Counted from the first letter of the stretch, positions 13,758-25,592 are shown. The stretch is 64,000 nucleotides of DNA from an uncultured Gemmatimonadaceae bacterium (GCA_963843845.1 CAWJMB010000002.1:1472001-1536000), one strand, 5' to 3'. Made by a program: numbers and translations. The notes: a model not told the origin generated them from the sequence alone.

Positions 13758-14931
13758 TCAGTCCGTCGAGCACGCCGTCTCGAATCGCCGCGCCGCTCCA
13801 GCCTCGTCAGCTCCGCCGGAATGTCGGTCGCGCGCGGCACGACGAGGAGCGTCTGCCCCATCCCGGCCGCGCCCAGCAGCTCGAGAATCCGGTGCGACCG
13901 CCGCGCGTCCAGCTCGGCGAACGGATCGTCGAGCAGGAAGAGCGGCTCGCTGCCGCCGCTCGCTCGCAGCGTCGCCGCCTCGAGCATGCGCAGCGCGATC
14001 GCCGCCGTGCGCTGCTGTCCCGCCGAGCCGTAGAGGCGCAGATCGCGCCCGCCTAACGTGAGCTCCAGGTCGTCGCGATGCGGGCCCGCGTGCGTCACGC
14101 CGCGCTTGAGGTCGAGCGCGCGCTTCTCGGCGAGCGCCCGCTCGATCGCCTCGCGCGCCGCGGCGCGGTGACGCGTCGTCGTTCGAGCGCGAGCGCCGAC
14201 GTGTAGCGCATCCGCGCCGCCGCGCGCTCGCCGATCGCCGCGCACAGCGTGGCGAATCCCTCGGCGTGCGACGCGACCCACGCGCGCCGCTCGGTCCACA
14301 GCACCGCGCCATGCTCGGCCAGCGCGGGCTCCCACACGGTCGCCTGCGCCGCGTCGCGGCCGGAGCGCAGCGCGTCGCGCAGCGCCGCGTTCCGCCGCAC
14401 GAGCGCGCCGCGGTACGCCTGCAGCGCCGCGAGGTAGCGCCGCGACGTCAGCGCGAGCACCACGTCGAGGTAGCGCCGCCGCTCGCTCGGGCTCTCGGAC
14501 ACGAGCCGCACGTCGGTCGGCGAGAACATCACGCTCGGCACCGCGCCGAGCGCGTCGCTCAGCCGCGCCGGCTCGGCGCCGTCGAGCCGCACGCGCTTGC
14601 GCTTGCCGGCCCGCTCGAAGCCGACGCCGACGTCGTACGCGCCGGCCGCCGCGCCCACCCCTTCCACCGTGCCGGCGACGTGGAAGCCTGCGGCGCCGAA
14701 TCGCACGAGGTCCTGGTCACGCGCCCCGCGCACGGAGCGCAGCAGCTGGAGGTAGTAGACCGCCTCGAGCAGGTTGCTCTTGCCATGCCCGTTCTCGCCG
14801 ATGACGACGAGCCCGTCTGCCGACAGCGCCAGGTCCTGCCGCTCGAAGTTGCGAAAGTCGCGGAGTGCGAGCCGCAGCAGCCGGACGCCCGGGCGCGCCG
14901 ACGATGCCGTCGCGGGCTCGCCGCCGCTCAC
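13758..14931 (-). CDS. recF: DNA replication/repair protein RecF (frameshifts)
   Basis: LRDFRNF, Walker A GENGHGKSNLLEA, GPHRDDL, GSAGQQR, LLDDPFAELD. Confidence 0.93.
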
Positions 14932-15707
14932 CGCCCGGTGAACTGCGCCGGGCGCTTCGCGAGGAACGCGGCGGTCCCTTCGCGCATGTCCTCCGTGCTC
15001 GCCGCGAGGGCGAACTGGTACGCCTCGAGCTGCATCGCCTCATCGAGCGGAAGGTCGTAGCCCGCGTTCACCGCGGCGATGCACAGCGCGAGTGCCGTCG
15101 GCGCGTTCGCGAGCATCTGGTTCAACAGCGCGCGTGTGCGGTCCATCAGCTCGCCGGCCGGCACCACGGCGTTCGCGAGACCGACCCGGTACGCCTCCGC
15201 CCCGTCGATCATCTCTGCGGTCATCAGCAGCTGCAACGCCCGGCCGCGGCCGACGAGCCGCGCCAGCCGCTGCGTGCCGCCGTAGCCGGGGATGAGGCCG
15301 AGCTTCACCTCGGGCTGCCCGAACTTGGCGAGGTCGCTCGCCACGCGAAGGTGACACGCCATCGCCAGCTCGCACCCGCCGCCGAGTGCGAAGCCGTTGA
15401 CGGCGGCGATCGTCGGCTTCGGCGACGTCTCGAACTTGCGGAACACGAGCTGCCCGCGTCGGGCCAGCGCCTGCATCTGCAGCGGGCTCTGGCCGCTCAT
15501 CGCGGAGATGTCGGCGCCGGCGATGAACGCGCGCCCCGCGCCGGTGAGAATCACGCCGCCGACGTCGTCGCGCCCGACCGCCTCGTCGATCGCCACCCCC
15601 AGTTCGGCGATCGTCGCGTCGTTCAGCGCGTTGAGCTTGTCGGGGCGATTGACGGTGATCGTCGCGATCCGGTCGGCGACGTCGAAGAGCACGTTTTCGT
15701 AGGCCAT
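14928..15707 (-). CDS. Enoyl-CoA hydratase / crotonase
   Basis: NRPDKLNAL, AFIAGADI, AVNGFALGGGCELAMAC, FGQPEVKLGLIPGYGGTQRL. Confidence 0.93.
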   Translation of the reverse strand: MAYENVLFDVADRIATITVNRPDKLNALNDATIAELGVAIDEAVGRDDVGGVILTGAGRAFIAGADISAMSGQSPLQMQALARRGQLVFRKFETSPKPTIAAVNGFALGGGCELAMACHLRVASDLAKFGQPEVKLGLIPGYGGTQRLARLVGRGRALQLLMTAEMIDGAEAYRVGLANAVVPAGELMDRTRALLNQMLANAPTALALCIAAVNAGYDLPLDEAMQLEAYQFALAASTEDMREGTAAFLAKRPAQFTGR

Positions 15708-15769
15708 AGGCCCCGAATCTACTCGACGCGAACTACGGGACCACGATTTGCCAGTCGCTCACCGGCGTC

Positions 15770-16831
15770 ATGGCGAACACTCCCATCGTCCGCAGAGGCA
15801 CGACGCGCAGCGGCTTCCGCTACGAGACGGAAGCGGGGCGGCCCGTCACGGCCGCGGCGACGCTCGAACGCATCGAGGCCCTGCGCATCCCACCGGCCTG
15901 GACGGAGGTGCACATCGCGGCCTCGCCGGGTGCCGCGATCCAGGCGTGGGGGTTCGACGCGAAAGGGCGGAAGCAGTACCGCTACCACGACCGCGCCGTC
16001 GAACGGGGGCAGCTCAGGAAGTACTACCGCGTCCGGCGCCTCGCGCACGACCTGCCGCGCGTCCGCGCCGCGCTCGACCGCGACCTTCGCCGCCGCGCGC
16101 TCGACGAGCGCCGCGTCGCCGCCGGCGTCGTGCGGCTCATCAGCGAGGCGTTCTTCCGCGTCGGCAACGAGCGGTACGCGGCGGAGAACAACACGTTCGG
16201 GATCGCGACGCTGCTCAAACGCCACGTGACGCTGTCCGCGGACCGCGCCGTCTTCTGCTACGTCGGCAAGAAGTCGATCGAGCAGCGTCAGACGATCTGC
16301 GATCCGGCACTGCTTCGCTTCGTCCGCGCGCTCATGCGCTCGCCCGGCCCGCGCCTGTTCCGCTGGCGTGACGACGCCGGCTCCTGGCACGACCTCTCGG
16401 CGCGCGACGTGAACGCGTATCTGCACGACGTGCTCGGGTCACCGTACACGGCCAAGGACTTCCGCACGTGGGGCGGCACGCTGCGCGTCGCGACGATCCT
16501 CGCGGACCTCGGTGCTGCGGCGTCGGCGCGCGAGGCGAACACGAACGTGCTCACCGCGCTTCGCCTCGTCGCCGCGGACCTCGGCAACACGCCGACCGTC
16601 TGCCGCGCGTCGTACGTGCACCCGCTCGTCATCGCGCGCTACCTCGACGAAGGCACGACGATCGCGCCGTTCCTGCCGCGCCGGACGAGCCCCCTGCCGT
16701 CGCCCCGACGCGAGGAGCGGGCGCTGATTCGGTTCCTCGACAAGTTCTTTCCCGAGCGCCGCCAGACGCGGCGCGATCGGCGCCGACGCGTGCGGGACGA
16801 CGACGCGCGGCGTGAGCGGCGCGCCGCCTGA
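15770..16831 (+). CDS. DNA topoisomerase IB (bacterial, poxvirus-like)
   Basis: IPPAWTEVHI, GRKQYRYH, RVGNERY, KDFRTW, LGNTPTVCRASYVHP (catalytic Tyr). Confidence 0.92.
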   Translation: MANTPIVRRGTTRSGFRYETEAGRPVTAAATLERIEALRIPPAWTEVHIAASPGAAIQAWGFDAKGRKQYRYHDRAVERGQLRKYYRVRRLAHDLPRVRAALDRDLRRRALDERRVAAGVVRLISEAFFRVGNERYAAENNTFGIATLLKRHVTLSADRAVFCYVGKKSIEQRQTICDPALLRFVRALMRSPGPRLFRWRDDAGSWHDLSARDVNAYLHDVLGSPYTAKDFRTWGGTLRVATILADLGAAASAREANTNVLTALRLVAADLGNTPTVCRASYVHPLVIARYLDEGTTIAPFLPRRTSPLPSPRREERALIRFLDKFFPERRQTRRDRRRRVRDDDARRERRAA

Positions 16832-16891
16832 CGCGCCGCCTGACGCGCCGCGCGGAACCTCGGCGGCGGCGCGGTGTGGATCATCGTACCC

Positions 16892-17557
16892 ATGGCTCGC
16901 TCACTTCCGCTCGCCGCTGCGCTCGACCGACACCGCGCCGCGCTCGCCGCCTGCACGCGCTGTCCACGACTCCCCGGCGTTCGGCCGGTGCTCTCGCTCG
17001 CCCGCGGGCCGCGCATCATGCTCGTCGGTCAGGCGCCGGGGCGCGCGGAGGCGGAGAACGCGCGCCCCTTCACCGGCCGTGCAGGGCGCACGCTCTTTCG
17101 CTGGCTCGACCGCGCCGGGATCGACGAGCACACGTTCCGTGCGCACGTCTACATCGCGGCCATCACGCGCTGCTACCCGGGTCCGCACCCGGCGGGGCGG
17201 GGTGACCGTGTGCCGAGCCCGGCGGAGCGCGCCACGTGCTCGGGCTGGCTCGACGCCGAGCTCGCGCTGATCCGCCCCGCCCTCGTCATCCCGGTCGGCC
17301 GACTCGCCGTCGATCGCTTCCTCGGGGGCGCCTCGCTCGACGCGCTCGTCGGGGGCGCGCATCAGGTGACGCATGGTGGGGGACGGTCGACGGCGATTCC
17401 GTTGCCGCATCCCTCGGGCGCGAGCAGCTGGCTCAACGCCGCCGAGCACCAGGCGCTGCTCGCGTCGGCGCTCGACGAGCTGAGGATCCGCTTCGCCGCG
17501 CTCGGCCTCGCGCGGGAGGCAGCGTGGCAGTGGCAGCCCATGCCGGGCGTGGCATGA
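16892..17557 (+). CDS. Uracil-DNA glycosylase superfamily protein
   Basis: CTRC Fe-S motif, GQAPG, PFTGRAG, RCYPG, LPHPSGAS. Confidence 0.88.
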   Translation: MARSLPLAAALDRHRAALAACTRCPRLPGVRPVLSLARGPRIMLVGQAPGRAEAENARPFTGRAGRTLFRWLDRAGIDEHTFRAHVYIAAITRCYPGPHPAGRGDRVPSPAERATCSGWLDAELALIRPALVIPVGRLAVDRFLGGASLDALVGGAHQVTHGGGRSTAIPLPHPSGASSWLNAAEHQALLASALDELRIRFAALGLAREAAWQWQPMPGVA

Positions 17558-17955
17558 CCGGCGGACGATCGCGCCGCGCGTCGGCGCTGCTGCTCGTCGT
17601 CCTCTCGACGTCGGCCGAGGCCCGGCAGGCGCCGGCGAGCCCGGCGCCGCCGGACACGACGCCGCGGCTGCGGCCGGCTCCGGACGCGTGGCTCGGCGCC
17701 GACAAGGCGAAGCACGCGTTCGTCAGCGGTTTCACCTTCGCCGTGAGCTACGCCGGCGCGCGAGCGGCCGGCACCAGTCGTCGCGCCGGTCTCTCGGTCG
17801 CGACCGTCCCGACGGCGATCGTGGCGCTCGGCAAGGAGGTCCGCGATCGCTTCGTCGCCCGTGGCGTCGCTCGCCACTTCAGCGTGCGCGATCTCCTGGC
17901 CGACGTCGTCGGCGCCGCCGCGTACGCCGCCGTGCTCGCCCGCACGTCTCGTTAG
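17554..17955 (+). CDS. YfiM/DUF2279-like membrane or exported protein
   Basis: DAWLGADKAKHAF...GKEVRD...FSVRDLLADVVG. Confidence 0.65.
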   Translation: MTGGRSRRASALLLVVLSTSAEARQAPASPAPPDTTPRLRPAPDAWLGADKAKHAFVSGFTFAVSYAGARAAGTSRRAGLSVATVPTAIVALGKEVRDRFVARGVARHFSVRDLLADVVGAAAYAAVLARTSR

Positions 17956-18045
17956 TCGGCGCCACGGCTATATTGCAGCGGCGCACGCCGGCCCAGCGGC
18001 CGGCGCCCTCACCCACGGCAACACGCGGCGCCCGCCGCAGGCCCT

Positions 18046-18522
18046 ATGAAACCGCGCACCAAGTTCCTCATCGGCGGCCTGTTCGTCCTCGGCAGCGCCG
18101 GCTTCCTCATGGCGAGCTCGATCAAGGACACCGGCCAGTACTATCTCACGCCGGGCGAGCTCGCCGCGAAGGTGACGAAGGACCCGACGTTTCGCGAGAG
18201 CGGCGTCAAGGTCGGGGCGCGCGTCGTTCCGGGCAGCATCAAGCGCGACCCCGGCGGCCGGTCGCTCACGTTCGACATGACCGACGGCCAGCACACCTAC
18301 GCGGTCGCCTACCGCGGCCTCGCGCCCGACACGTTCACCGACGGCGTCGACGTCATCGTCGAAGGGCGGCTCGGGACCGACGACACGTTCCGCGCGACGA
18401 CGCTGCTCGCGAAGTGCGCGTCGCGCTACGAGAACGCGCCCGAGAAGGAGAAGTACCGCGCGACGCCGGGTTACCAGGGGCCGGGGATGCAGAGCGCGCC
18501 GCCCCCCGCGACACGCGCGTGA
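18046..18522 (+). CDS. ccmE: Cytochrome c maturation heme chaperone CcmE, Cys-type
   Basis: YYLTP, VVPGSI, YRGLAPDTF, VIVEG, LLAKCASRY (CxxxY in place of HxxxY). Confidence 0.9.
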   Translation: MKPRTKFLIGGLFVLGSAGFLMASSIKDTGQYYLTPGELAAKVTKDPTFRESGVKVGARVVPGSIKRDPGGRSLTFDMTDGQHTYAVAYRGLAPDTFTDGVDVIVEGRLGTDDTFRATTLLAKCASRYENAPEKEKYRATPGYQGPGMQSAPPPATRA

Positions 18523-18524
18523 CG

Positions 18525-20598
18525 ATGGGCTCAGGCTTCGCGTCGGGCCTCATCCTGATCGGCGAGCTGGCGCTCTGGGTCGCGCTGCTCATGGCAGCGT
18601 GGAGCGTCACCGTCTCGTTCGCCGGCGCCACGAGCGCCCGCGCCGATCTCGTTCGGAGCGGCGAGCGCGCGCTCTACGCCACGGCCGGATTCGTCGTCGT
18701 CGCGAGCATCGGGCTGTGGACGGCGCTGTTCGCGCACGATTTCTCGGTCAAGTTCGTCGCGAGCTACACCAGCGCGAACCTCCCGACGGTCTACACGTTC
18801 ACGGCGTTCTGGGCCGGTCAGTCTGGCTCGATGCTGTTCTGGTGTCTGATCCTCGCCCTCTACTCCGCTGCCGCCGTCTACACCGGGCGCGGTGAGAAGA
18901 CGCGGCATTTCATGCCGTACGTGACCGGGACGTTGAGTACGATCACGCTCTTCTTCCTGCTCACGATGTGCTTCGGCGCGAATCCGTTCGAGCGCCTCGA
19001 CTGGATCCCACCCGACGGGCGCGGCATGAACCCGCAGCTCCAGAACCCGGGGATGGCGATCCACCCGCCGATGCTCTACCTCGGCTATGTCGCGACGTCG
19101 GTTCCGTTCGCCTACGCGATCGCTGCCCTCGTCACGCGCCGCCTCGACGCGGAGTGGCTGGCGCCGGTGCGGCGCTGGTCGCTGCTGAGCTGGTTCTTCC
19201 TCACGGTCGGCATCACGCTCGGCATGTGGTGGGCCTACGTCGAGCTCGGGTGGGGCGGCTACTGGGCGTGGGATCCGGTCGAGAACGCGTCGCTGCTCCC
19301 GTGGCTCACGGGCACGGCGTTTCTCCACTCGATCATGATCCAGGAGAAGCGAGGCATGCTGCGGAAGTGGAACGTGACGCTCGTCGTCGTCGACGTTCCT
19401 CCTCTCGATCCTCGGCACGTTCATCACGCGCTCGGGCATCATCCAGAGCGTCCACTCGTTCGCGCAGTCCCCGGTCGGCAACTGGTTCGCCGCGTTTCTC
19501 CTCGCGAGCATCGCCGTCACCGGCTACCTCGTGGCGACGCGGCTGAAGGACCTCAAGTCCGACGCGCAGCTGGAGAGCATGCTCTCGCGCGAGGCGGCGT
19601 TTCTCTACAACAACGTCGTGCTCGTCGGCATCGCGTTCTCGGTCCTCTGGGGCACGCTGTTCCCGATCATCTCCGAGGCGGTCCAGGGCGAGAAGATCAC
19701 GGTCGGACCGCCGTTCTTCAACACGGTGAACATCCCGTTGGGCCTGCTGCTCCTGGGCCTCACCGGCGTCGGCCCGCTCATCGCGTGGCGCCGCGCGTCG
19801 GTCGCGAACCTCCGCCGGCAGTTCACGTTCCCGGTCGGCGTCGGTCTCACGGCGGGCACGCTGTGCTTTCTGTTCGGCATGCGCGACTTCTACGCGATCG
19901 TCTGCTACACGCTCGCGGCGTTCGTGCTGGGCACCATCACGCAGGAGTTCCAGAAGGGCATCGGCGCCCGGATGCGGATGCACGGGGAAGGGATCGCGCT
20001 CGCGTTCGCGCGGCTCGTCGGGCGGAACCGGCGCCGGTACGGCGGCTACGTCGTGCACTTCGGCATGCTCATGATGTTCGCCGCGTTCGCCGGGCTCGCC
20101 TTCAAGCGCGAGGCGGACGTGACGCTGAAGGCGGGGCAGTCGCACGAGATGACCGACCCGTATGGCCACCGCTGGCGCTTCACGAGCAACGGCGCCTCGC
20201 AGTTCAAGACGCTGAACCGCTACGTCACCGCCGTGTCGCTCGACGTTACGCGCGACGGCGAGAAGGCGGGCATCATCACGAGCGAGAAGCGCCAGCACGT
20301 CGACAGTCAGGACCAGCCGACGTTCGAGCCATCGACCGAGGCCGGCATCCAGGAGTCGCTGCGGCAGGACGTCTTCGTCGTCCTCGCCGGGGTGAACCCG
20401 ACGACCGAGGAAGCGGAGATCCGCATCACGTTCAACCCGCTCGTCGAGTGGGTCTGGTTCGGCGGCATCATCATGGCGATCGGCGGCCTGATCGTGATGT
20501 GGCCGCAGGCCGAGCGGCGCCGGGCGCAGAGCGGGTACGTCGCCGTGCTCGCGCCAGAGTCGGACGCGCCGCCGCAGCTCGTCGGGGCGGCGTCGTGA
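18525..20598 (+). CDS. ccmF: Cytochrome c maturation protein CcmF (frameshift near 19390)
   Basis: WAGQSGSML, GMNPQLQN, IHPPMLYLGY, WWAYVELGWGGYWAWDPVENAS (WWD domain), RSG...SVHSF, YGGYVVHFG. Confidence 0.95.
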
Positions 20599-21251
20599 GC
20601 GAACCCCTCGACCGGCGCCGCTTCCTCGTCGCGGTCGGTGCCGGCGCGCTGAGTGCTGCGGCCGCGTCGTTCGCCGTCACCCGGACGATCACGGCCCAGA
20701 CCCAGGTCACGGGGCGGCCGGAGACGGTGCCGGAGGTCCCCGGTGGCACGATGGACGGAGACGGCTACCTCCCCGTCCGCCGCGCGGCGAAGCCGGGTGC
20801 GACGCCGCAATTGACGGCGCAGCAGCGCGACGACCTCGAGCACATGCTCTCCTGCCCGTGCCCTTGCACGCTCGACGTGTTCACGTGCCGCACCTCGATG
20901 TCGTGCGGCTTCTCGCCCCGCATGCACGCCGACGTGCAGCGGCTCGTCGACGGCGGCTATTCGGCCGACGAGATCGTCGCCGCGTTCAGCGACGTCTACG
21001 GCCAGCAGGTGTTGATGGCTCCGAAACGCGAGGGATTCAACCTCGCCGGCTACCTCGCTCCGTTCGCCGCGATCGGCGCCGGCGGCCTCACGGTCGCGAT
21101 GCTCATCCGGCGGTGGGGGCGCCGCGCCGCACTCGCCCGTGCCGCTTCGACGTCGGCGCCGCGCTCGACTGCGCGCGTGGAGCCCGTGAACGCGACGCCC
21201 GCCGAGCTCGCCCGCCTCGACGCCGCCATCCGCGGCGACGACGACGCCTGA
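20595..21251 (+). CDS. ccmH: CcmH/NrfF-like cytochrome c biogenesis protein
   Basis: LSCPCPC...C motif, GYSADEIVAAF...YGQQVLMAP, C-terminal TM; follows ccmF. Confidence 0.75.
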   Translation: MSEPLDRRRFLVAVGAGALSAAAASFAVTRTITAQTQVTGRPETVPEVPGGTMDGDGYLPVRRAAKPGATPQLTAQQRDDLEHMLSCPCPCTLDVFTCRTSMSCGFSPRMHADVQRLVDGGYSADEIVAAFSDVYGQQVLMAPKREGFNLAGYLAPFAAIGAGGLTVAMLIRRWGRRAALARAASTSAPRSTARVEPVNATPAELARLDAAIRGDDDA

Positions 21252-21283
21252 GCGCACGGCGACTCCGCAGCTTTCATCACTCG

Positions 21284-21835
21284 ATGCTCCTGCTCGCCCT
21301 CCCTCCCGGCATTCTCGCGCTCGGCGCCGGCACCGCACTCGCGTTGGGCGCTGCCGCGCTCGTCCTCGCGCCGCTCGTGAGCGACGAGGTCGTCGAGCCG
21401 CGGCCGACACGACCCCGCCGCGCGCCGTCGTCGCCGACCGACCAGTCGAGTGCGATCGACGCGCTGCGCGAGATCGAGTTCGACCGCGAGACGGGGAAGC
21501 TGTCCGACGCGGACTACACGGCGCTGAAGGCGTCGTACACGCAGGCCGCGCTCGACGAGCTCCGCGCGCGCGACGCGGCCGGCACGCCGACGCCGCCCGG
21601 CGTCACCGACGACGCGGTCGAGCGCGCCATCGCCGGCTATCGCCGGCATCCAGCCACCACGAAGGCGGTGTGCCCCGTCGACGGCGCGCGCCCCGAGGCG
21701 GACGCGCTGTTCTGTTCCGCGTGCGGGCGCTTCCTGGGCTCGACGTGCTCGCACTGCGGAACGGCCGTCGCGAGCGACGACGCCCGCTTCTGCACCGGCT
21801 GCGGCAACGCCCTCGGCGTCGCGGCAGCGGCCTGA
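21284..21835 (+). CDS. CcmI-like membrane protein with double zinc ribbon
   Basis: [21 protein letters not shown]-terminal CPVDG...FCSACG...CSHCG...FCTGCG. Confidence 0.7.
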   Translation: MLLLALPPGILALGAGTALALGAAALVLAPLVSDEVVEPRPTRPRRAPSSPTDQSSAIDALREIEFDRETGKLSDADYTALKASYTQAALDELRARDAAGTPTPPGVTDDAVERAIAGYRRHPATTKAVCPVDGARPEADALFCSACGRFLGSTCSHCGTAVASDDARFCTGCGNALGVAAAA

Positions 21836-21952
21836 CGCGGCCATCCGCCAGAGTTCGACCTCGGTCGACGGCACGAGCGGCACCACGCGCCGCAGCCAGC
21901 GTCGGGCATGCCGGCTTGTATTCGGGCTCCGCCGCCGGCACCTTTCCATGTT

Positions 21953-24844
21953 ATGGCTGAAGAGTTCCTGATCGTCCGCGGTGCCCGCGAGCACAACCTG
22001 AAGAACGTCGACGTCACGATCCCTCGTGACCGACTGACTGTCATCACCGGGCTCTCCGGGTCCGGCAAGTCGAGCCTCGCGTTCGACACGATCTACGCCG
22101 AGGGACAGCGGCGCTACGTCGAGTCGCTCTCCGCCTACGCGCGGCAGTTCCTCGGGCTGATGGAGAAGCCCGACGTCGACGCGATCGAAGGGCTCTCGCC
22201 GGCGATCTCGATCGAGCAGAAGAACACGGGAAACAATCCGCGCTCGACGGTCGGCACGGTCACCGAGATCTATGACTACCTCAGGCTGCTGTTCGCGCGG
22301 GCCGGCACGCCGCACTGCCCGAACTGCGGTCGAGCCGTGCAACGCCAGAGCCCCGCGCAGATCGCGGAGAACGTGCTCGCGTGGCCCGACGGGACTCGCA
22401 TCGAGATCCGCGCGCCGCTCGTCCAGGGGCGCAAAGGCGAGTTTCGCGAGCTGTTCGAAGACGCGCGCAAGCAAGGTTTCATCCGTGCCGTCGTCGACGG
22501 AGAGCTCGTCGAGCTGGCCGACCCGCCGAAGCTGAATCGGCGACAGAATCACAGCATCTCGGTCGTCATCGACCGACTCGTGGTTCGCGGCGAGGACCGG
22601 GGTCGTCTCACGGACTCGCTCGAGACCGCGCTGCGCCTGGCCGAGGGGCTCGTCGAAGTCGTCGAGTACGGGAGCGGCGATCCCGAGACGCACCTGTTCT
22701 CCGAACGGTATGGGTGCCCGAGTTGCGGCATCTCGCTCGCCGAGCTCGAGCCGCGGCAGTTCTCGTTCAACTCGCCGTTCGGGGCCTGCCCGGCGTGCGG
22801 CGGACTCGGCACCCGGCGCGAGGTCAGCGAGGAGCTGATCCTCGGCGACCCGAGCATCTCGATCCTCGAAGGCGTCGTGCTGCCGTGGGGCGAGCCCGAC
22901 GGCTACCTGCGCAAGACGATCCTCCCCGGCCTCGCGAAGGAGCTCGGCTTCGAGCTGAACGCGCCCTGGGGAACGATTGCGGCACATGCGCGGGAGGCGC
23001 TGTTGTACGGCACGAGCCGGGACACCGGACTCGCGACCCGGGAGCCGGCAAAGGGGCGGAAGAAGGCCGAGTCCCGCGTCCCGAGTGCCGGCAGTCTGCA
23101 GTGGGAAGGCATCGTCGCCAACGTTCAGCGCCGATATCACGAGACGAGCTCCGACGCCGTGCGCCTCGAGCTCGAGGACTACATGGTCGGGAAGCCGTGC
23201 TCCGCGTGCGGCGGCACGCGGCTCAAGCCGGCGTCGCTCGCGGTCACGCTCGTCGGCCACAACATCGGGCAGGTCGTCGAGCTCTCCGTGTCGCGCGCGC
23301 TCGAGTTCTTCCAGGCGGTGCCGGTGCGTGGGAATGGCACGCCGGGACTCGATCCCGACATCGCCGGCCCGATCCTGAAGGAAGTGCGCGAGCGCCTCCG
23401 CTTCCTCGTCGACGTCGGGCTCGACTACCTCACGCTGAACCGCTCGGCGGAGTCGCTGTCGGGCGGCGAGGCGCAGCGCATCCGCCTCGCGACACAGATC
23501 GGATCGCGCCTCGTCGGCGTGCTCTACATCCTCGACGAGCCGTCGATCGGGCTGCACCAGCGCGACAACGGGCGCCTGCTCGCGACGCTGAAGCAGCTTC
23601 GCGACCTCGGCAACACCGTCATCGTCGTCGAGCACGACGAGGAGACGATGCGTGAAGCCGACTACCTCCTCGACCTCGGGCCGGGGGCGGGGAAGCACGG
23701 CGGCGAGGTCATCGCCGCGGGCACGGTCGCGGAAGTCCTCGCGAATCCGAACTCGATCACGGCGAAGTACCTGAACGGCGAGCGCGAGATTCCGGTACGC
23801 GCGGAGCGGCGCCCGTTCGATGCGAAGCGGACCATCCAGGTCGTGAACGCGCGCGAGCACAACCTCCGTGGCGTGACGCTCGAGATTCCGTTAGGCACCT
23901 TCGTCGCCGTCACCGGTGTCTCGGGCTCCGGCAAGTCCACGCTGATCGAGGACATTCTGCACCGCGCGCTCGCTCGGCATTTCTATCGCGCGCGCGTCAT
24001 CCCGGGCGCGCACGACCGCATCACCGGGCTCGAGCACATCGACAAGGTCATCGACATCGACCAGAGCCCGATCGGCCGCACGCCGCGCTCCAACCCGGCG
24101 ACGTACACGGGGCTGTTCACGCCGATCCGCGAGCTGTTCGCGGAGCTGCCGGAGGCGAAGATTCGCGGCTACGGGCCGGGCCGCTTCTCGTTCAACGTGA
24201 AGGGCGGACGCTGCGAGGCGTGTCAGGGCGACGGCCTCGTGAAGATCGAGATGCACTTCCTCCCGGACGTCTTCGTGCCGTGCGACGTCTGCAAGGGGAA
24301 GCGCTTCAATCGCGAGACGCTCGAGGTCCGCTTCCGCGGCCTGTCGATCGCCGAAGTGCTCGACCTGACGGTCGAGGACGCGTGTACGACGTTCGAGAAC
24401 CAGCCGCGGATCTCGCAGAAGCTCGAAACGCTCCGCGACGTCGGGCTCGGCTACATCCACCTCGGGCAGAGTGCGACGACACTTTCCGGCGGCGAGGCAC
24501 AGCGCGTGAAGCTCGCGACCGAGCTGTCGAAGCGCGACACGGGCCGCACGCTCTACATCCTCGACGAGCCGACGACCGGCCTGCACTTCGAGGACGTGCG
24601 CGTGCTGCTCGACGTCCTGCACCGGCTCGTCGACCGCGGCAATACGGTGCTCGTCATCGAGCATTCGCTCGACGTCATCAAGACCGCAGACTGGATCGTC
24701 GACCTCGGCCCCGAGGGCGGGATGCGCGGCGGAGCCATCGTCGCCGCGGGGACGCCGGAGCAGGTCGCCCAGGTCGCGGAATCGCACACCGGCCATTACC
24801 TCCGTGCGCTGCTGCCGAAGCTCCGGCGGCGAAAAGCGAGCTGA
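21953..24844 (+). CDS. uvrA: Excinuclease ABC subunit A
   Basis: [32 protein letters not shown], two LSGGEAQR signatures, zinc fingers; intact ORF. Confidence 0.98.
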   Translation: MAEEFLIVRGAREHNLKNVDVTIPRDRLTVITGLSGSGKSSLAFDTIYAEGQRRYVESLSAYARQFLGLMEKPDVDAIEGLSPAISIEQKNTGNNPRSTVGTVTEIYDYLRLLFARAGTPHCPNCGRAVQRQSPAQIAENVLAWPDGTRIEIRAPLVQGRKGEFRELFEDARKQGFIRAVVDGELVELADPPKLNRRQNHSISVVIDRLVVRGEDRGRLTDSLETALRLAEGLVEVVEYGSGDPETHLFSERYGCPSCGISLAELEPRQFSFNSPFGACPACGGLGTRREVSEELILGDPSISILEGVVLPWGEPDGYLRKTILPGLAKELGFELNAPWGTIAAHAREALLYGTSRDTGLATREPAKGRKKAESRVPSAGSLQWEGIVANVQRRYHETSSDAVRLELEDYMVGKPCSACGGTRLKPASLAVTLVGHNIGQVVELSVSRALEFFQAVPVRGNGTPGLDPDIAGPILKEVRERLRFLVDVGLDYLTLNRSAESLSGGEAQRIRLATQIGSRLVGVLYILDEPSIGLHQRDNGRLLATLKQLRDLGNTVIVVEHDEETMREADYLLDLGPGAGKHGGEVIAAGTVAEVLANPNSITAKYLNGEREIPVRAERRPFDAKRTIQVVNAREHNLRGVTLEIPLGTFVAVTGVSGSGKSTLIEDILHRALARHFYRARVIPGAHDRITGLEHIDKVIDIDQSPIGRTPRSNPATYTGLFTPIRELFAELPEAKIRGYGPGRFSFNVKGGRCEACQGDGLVKIEMHFLPDVFVPCDVCKGKRFNRETLEVRFRGLSIAEVLDLTVEDACTTFENQPRISQKLETLRDVGLGYIHLGQSATTLSGGEAQRVKLATELSKRDTGRTLYILDEPTTGLHFEDVRVLLDVLHRLVDRGNTVLVIEHSLDVIKTADWIVDLGPEGGMRGGAIVAAGTPEQVAQVAESHTGHYLRALLPKLRRRKAS

Positions 24845-24917
24845 CGTCGACGCTGCGGGCTGCGACGGGTCGAGCGTCGCCATAACTTGCCTGTCCCTCC
24901 CGATGGGATCGTAGAAC

Positions 24918-25592
24918 GTGGTCAGCCTGCTCGACATCATCGGCCCCGTCATGGTCGGGCCGTCGTCCTCGCACACCGCAGGCGCCTGCCGCCTCGGGCT
25001 GCTCGCGCGCGACCTCGTCGGCGGCACGCCCGAGACGGCGCGCGTCGAACTGCACGGCTCGTTCGCCCGCACGGGTGAGGGGCACGGCACCGACAAGGCG
25101 ATCGTCGGAGGCCTGATGGGCTTCCGTCCGGACGATGAGCGGATTCGCGAGGCGCTCGACATCGCGGAGCGCGAAGGGCTCGACTATCGCTTCGAGAAGA
25201 CGACGCTGGGCGAGGAGGCGACGGTACACCCGAACACCGTGCGCCTGACGCTCTCGCGCGGCGACCGCCAGGCGGTGATGGTCGGCTCGTCGCTCGGCGC
25301 CGGTCGCGTGCTCGTGAACGAGATCGACGGGTACCCGGTCGAGGTCACCGGGAGCTACAACACGATCGTGCTCGTCGCCGAAGACGTGAAGGGCTCGATC
25401 GCCGCCATCGCGACGATCCTCGCCGCGAACGCGATCAACGTCGCGACGCTCAGAGTCTCGCGCCAGCAGCGCGGCGGCGACGCGTTCATGGTGTGGGAGA
25501 TCGACGAGCGCCCCGACGAGCGCGTGCGCGACACCCTCCGAGCGCTCCCGTGGGTCCGCTGGGCGTTCCGCCTCGACAAGGTGAGCGCCTGA
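24918..25592 (+). CDS. sdaAB: L-serine dehydratase beta subunit
   Basis: IIGPVMVGPSSSHTAGA, GHGTDKA, HPNT, C-terminal ACT-like domain. Confidence 0.93.
   Translation: MVSLLDIIGPVMVGPSSSHTAGACRLGLLARDLVGGTPETARVELHGSFARTGEGHGTDKAIVGGLMGFRPDDERIREALDIAEREGLDYRFEKTTLGEEATVHPNTVRLTLSRGDRQAVMVGSSLGAGRVLVNEIDGYPVEVTGSYNTIVLVAEDVKGSIAAIATILAANAINVATLRVSRQQRGGDAFMVWEIDERPDERVRDTLRALPWVRWAFRLDKVSA

Noticed and set aside
17688..21251. 1187-aa ORF spanning the ccm cluster
   Set aside because: Chimera: it joins the 5' half of ccmF to ccmH through out-of-frame sequence caused by the ccmF frameshift and stop-poor GC-rich DNA.
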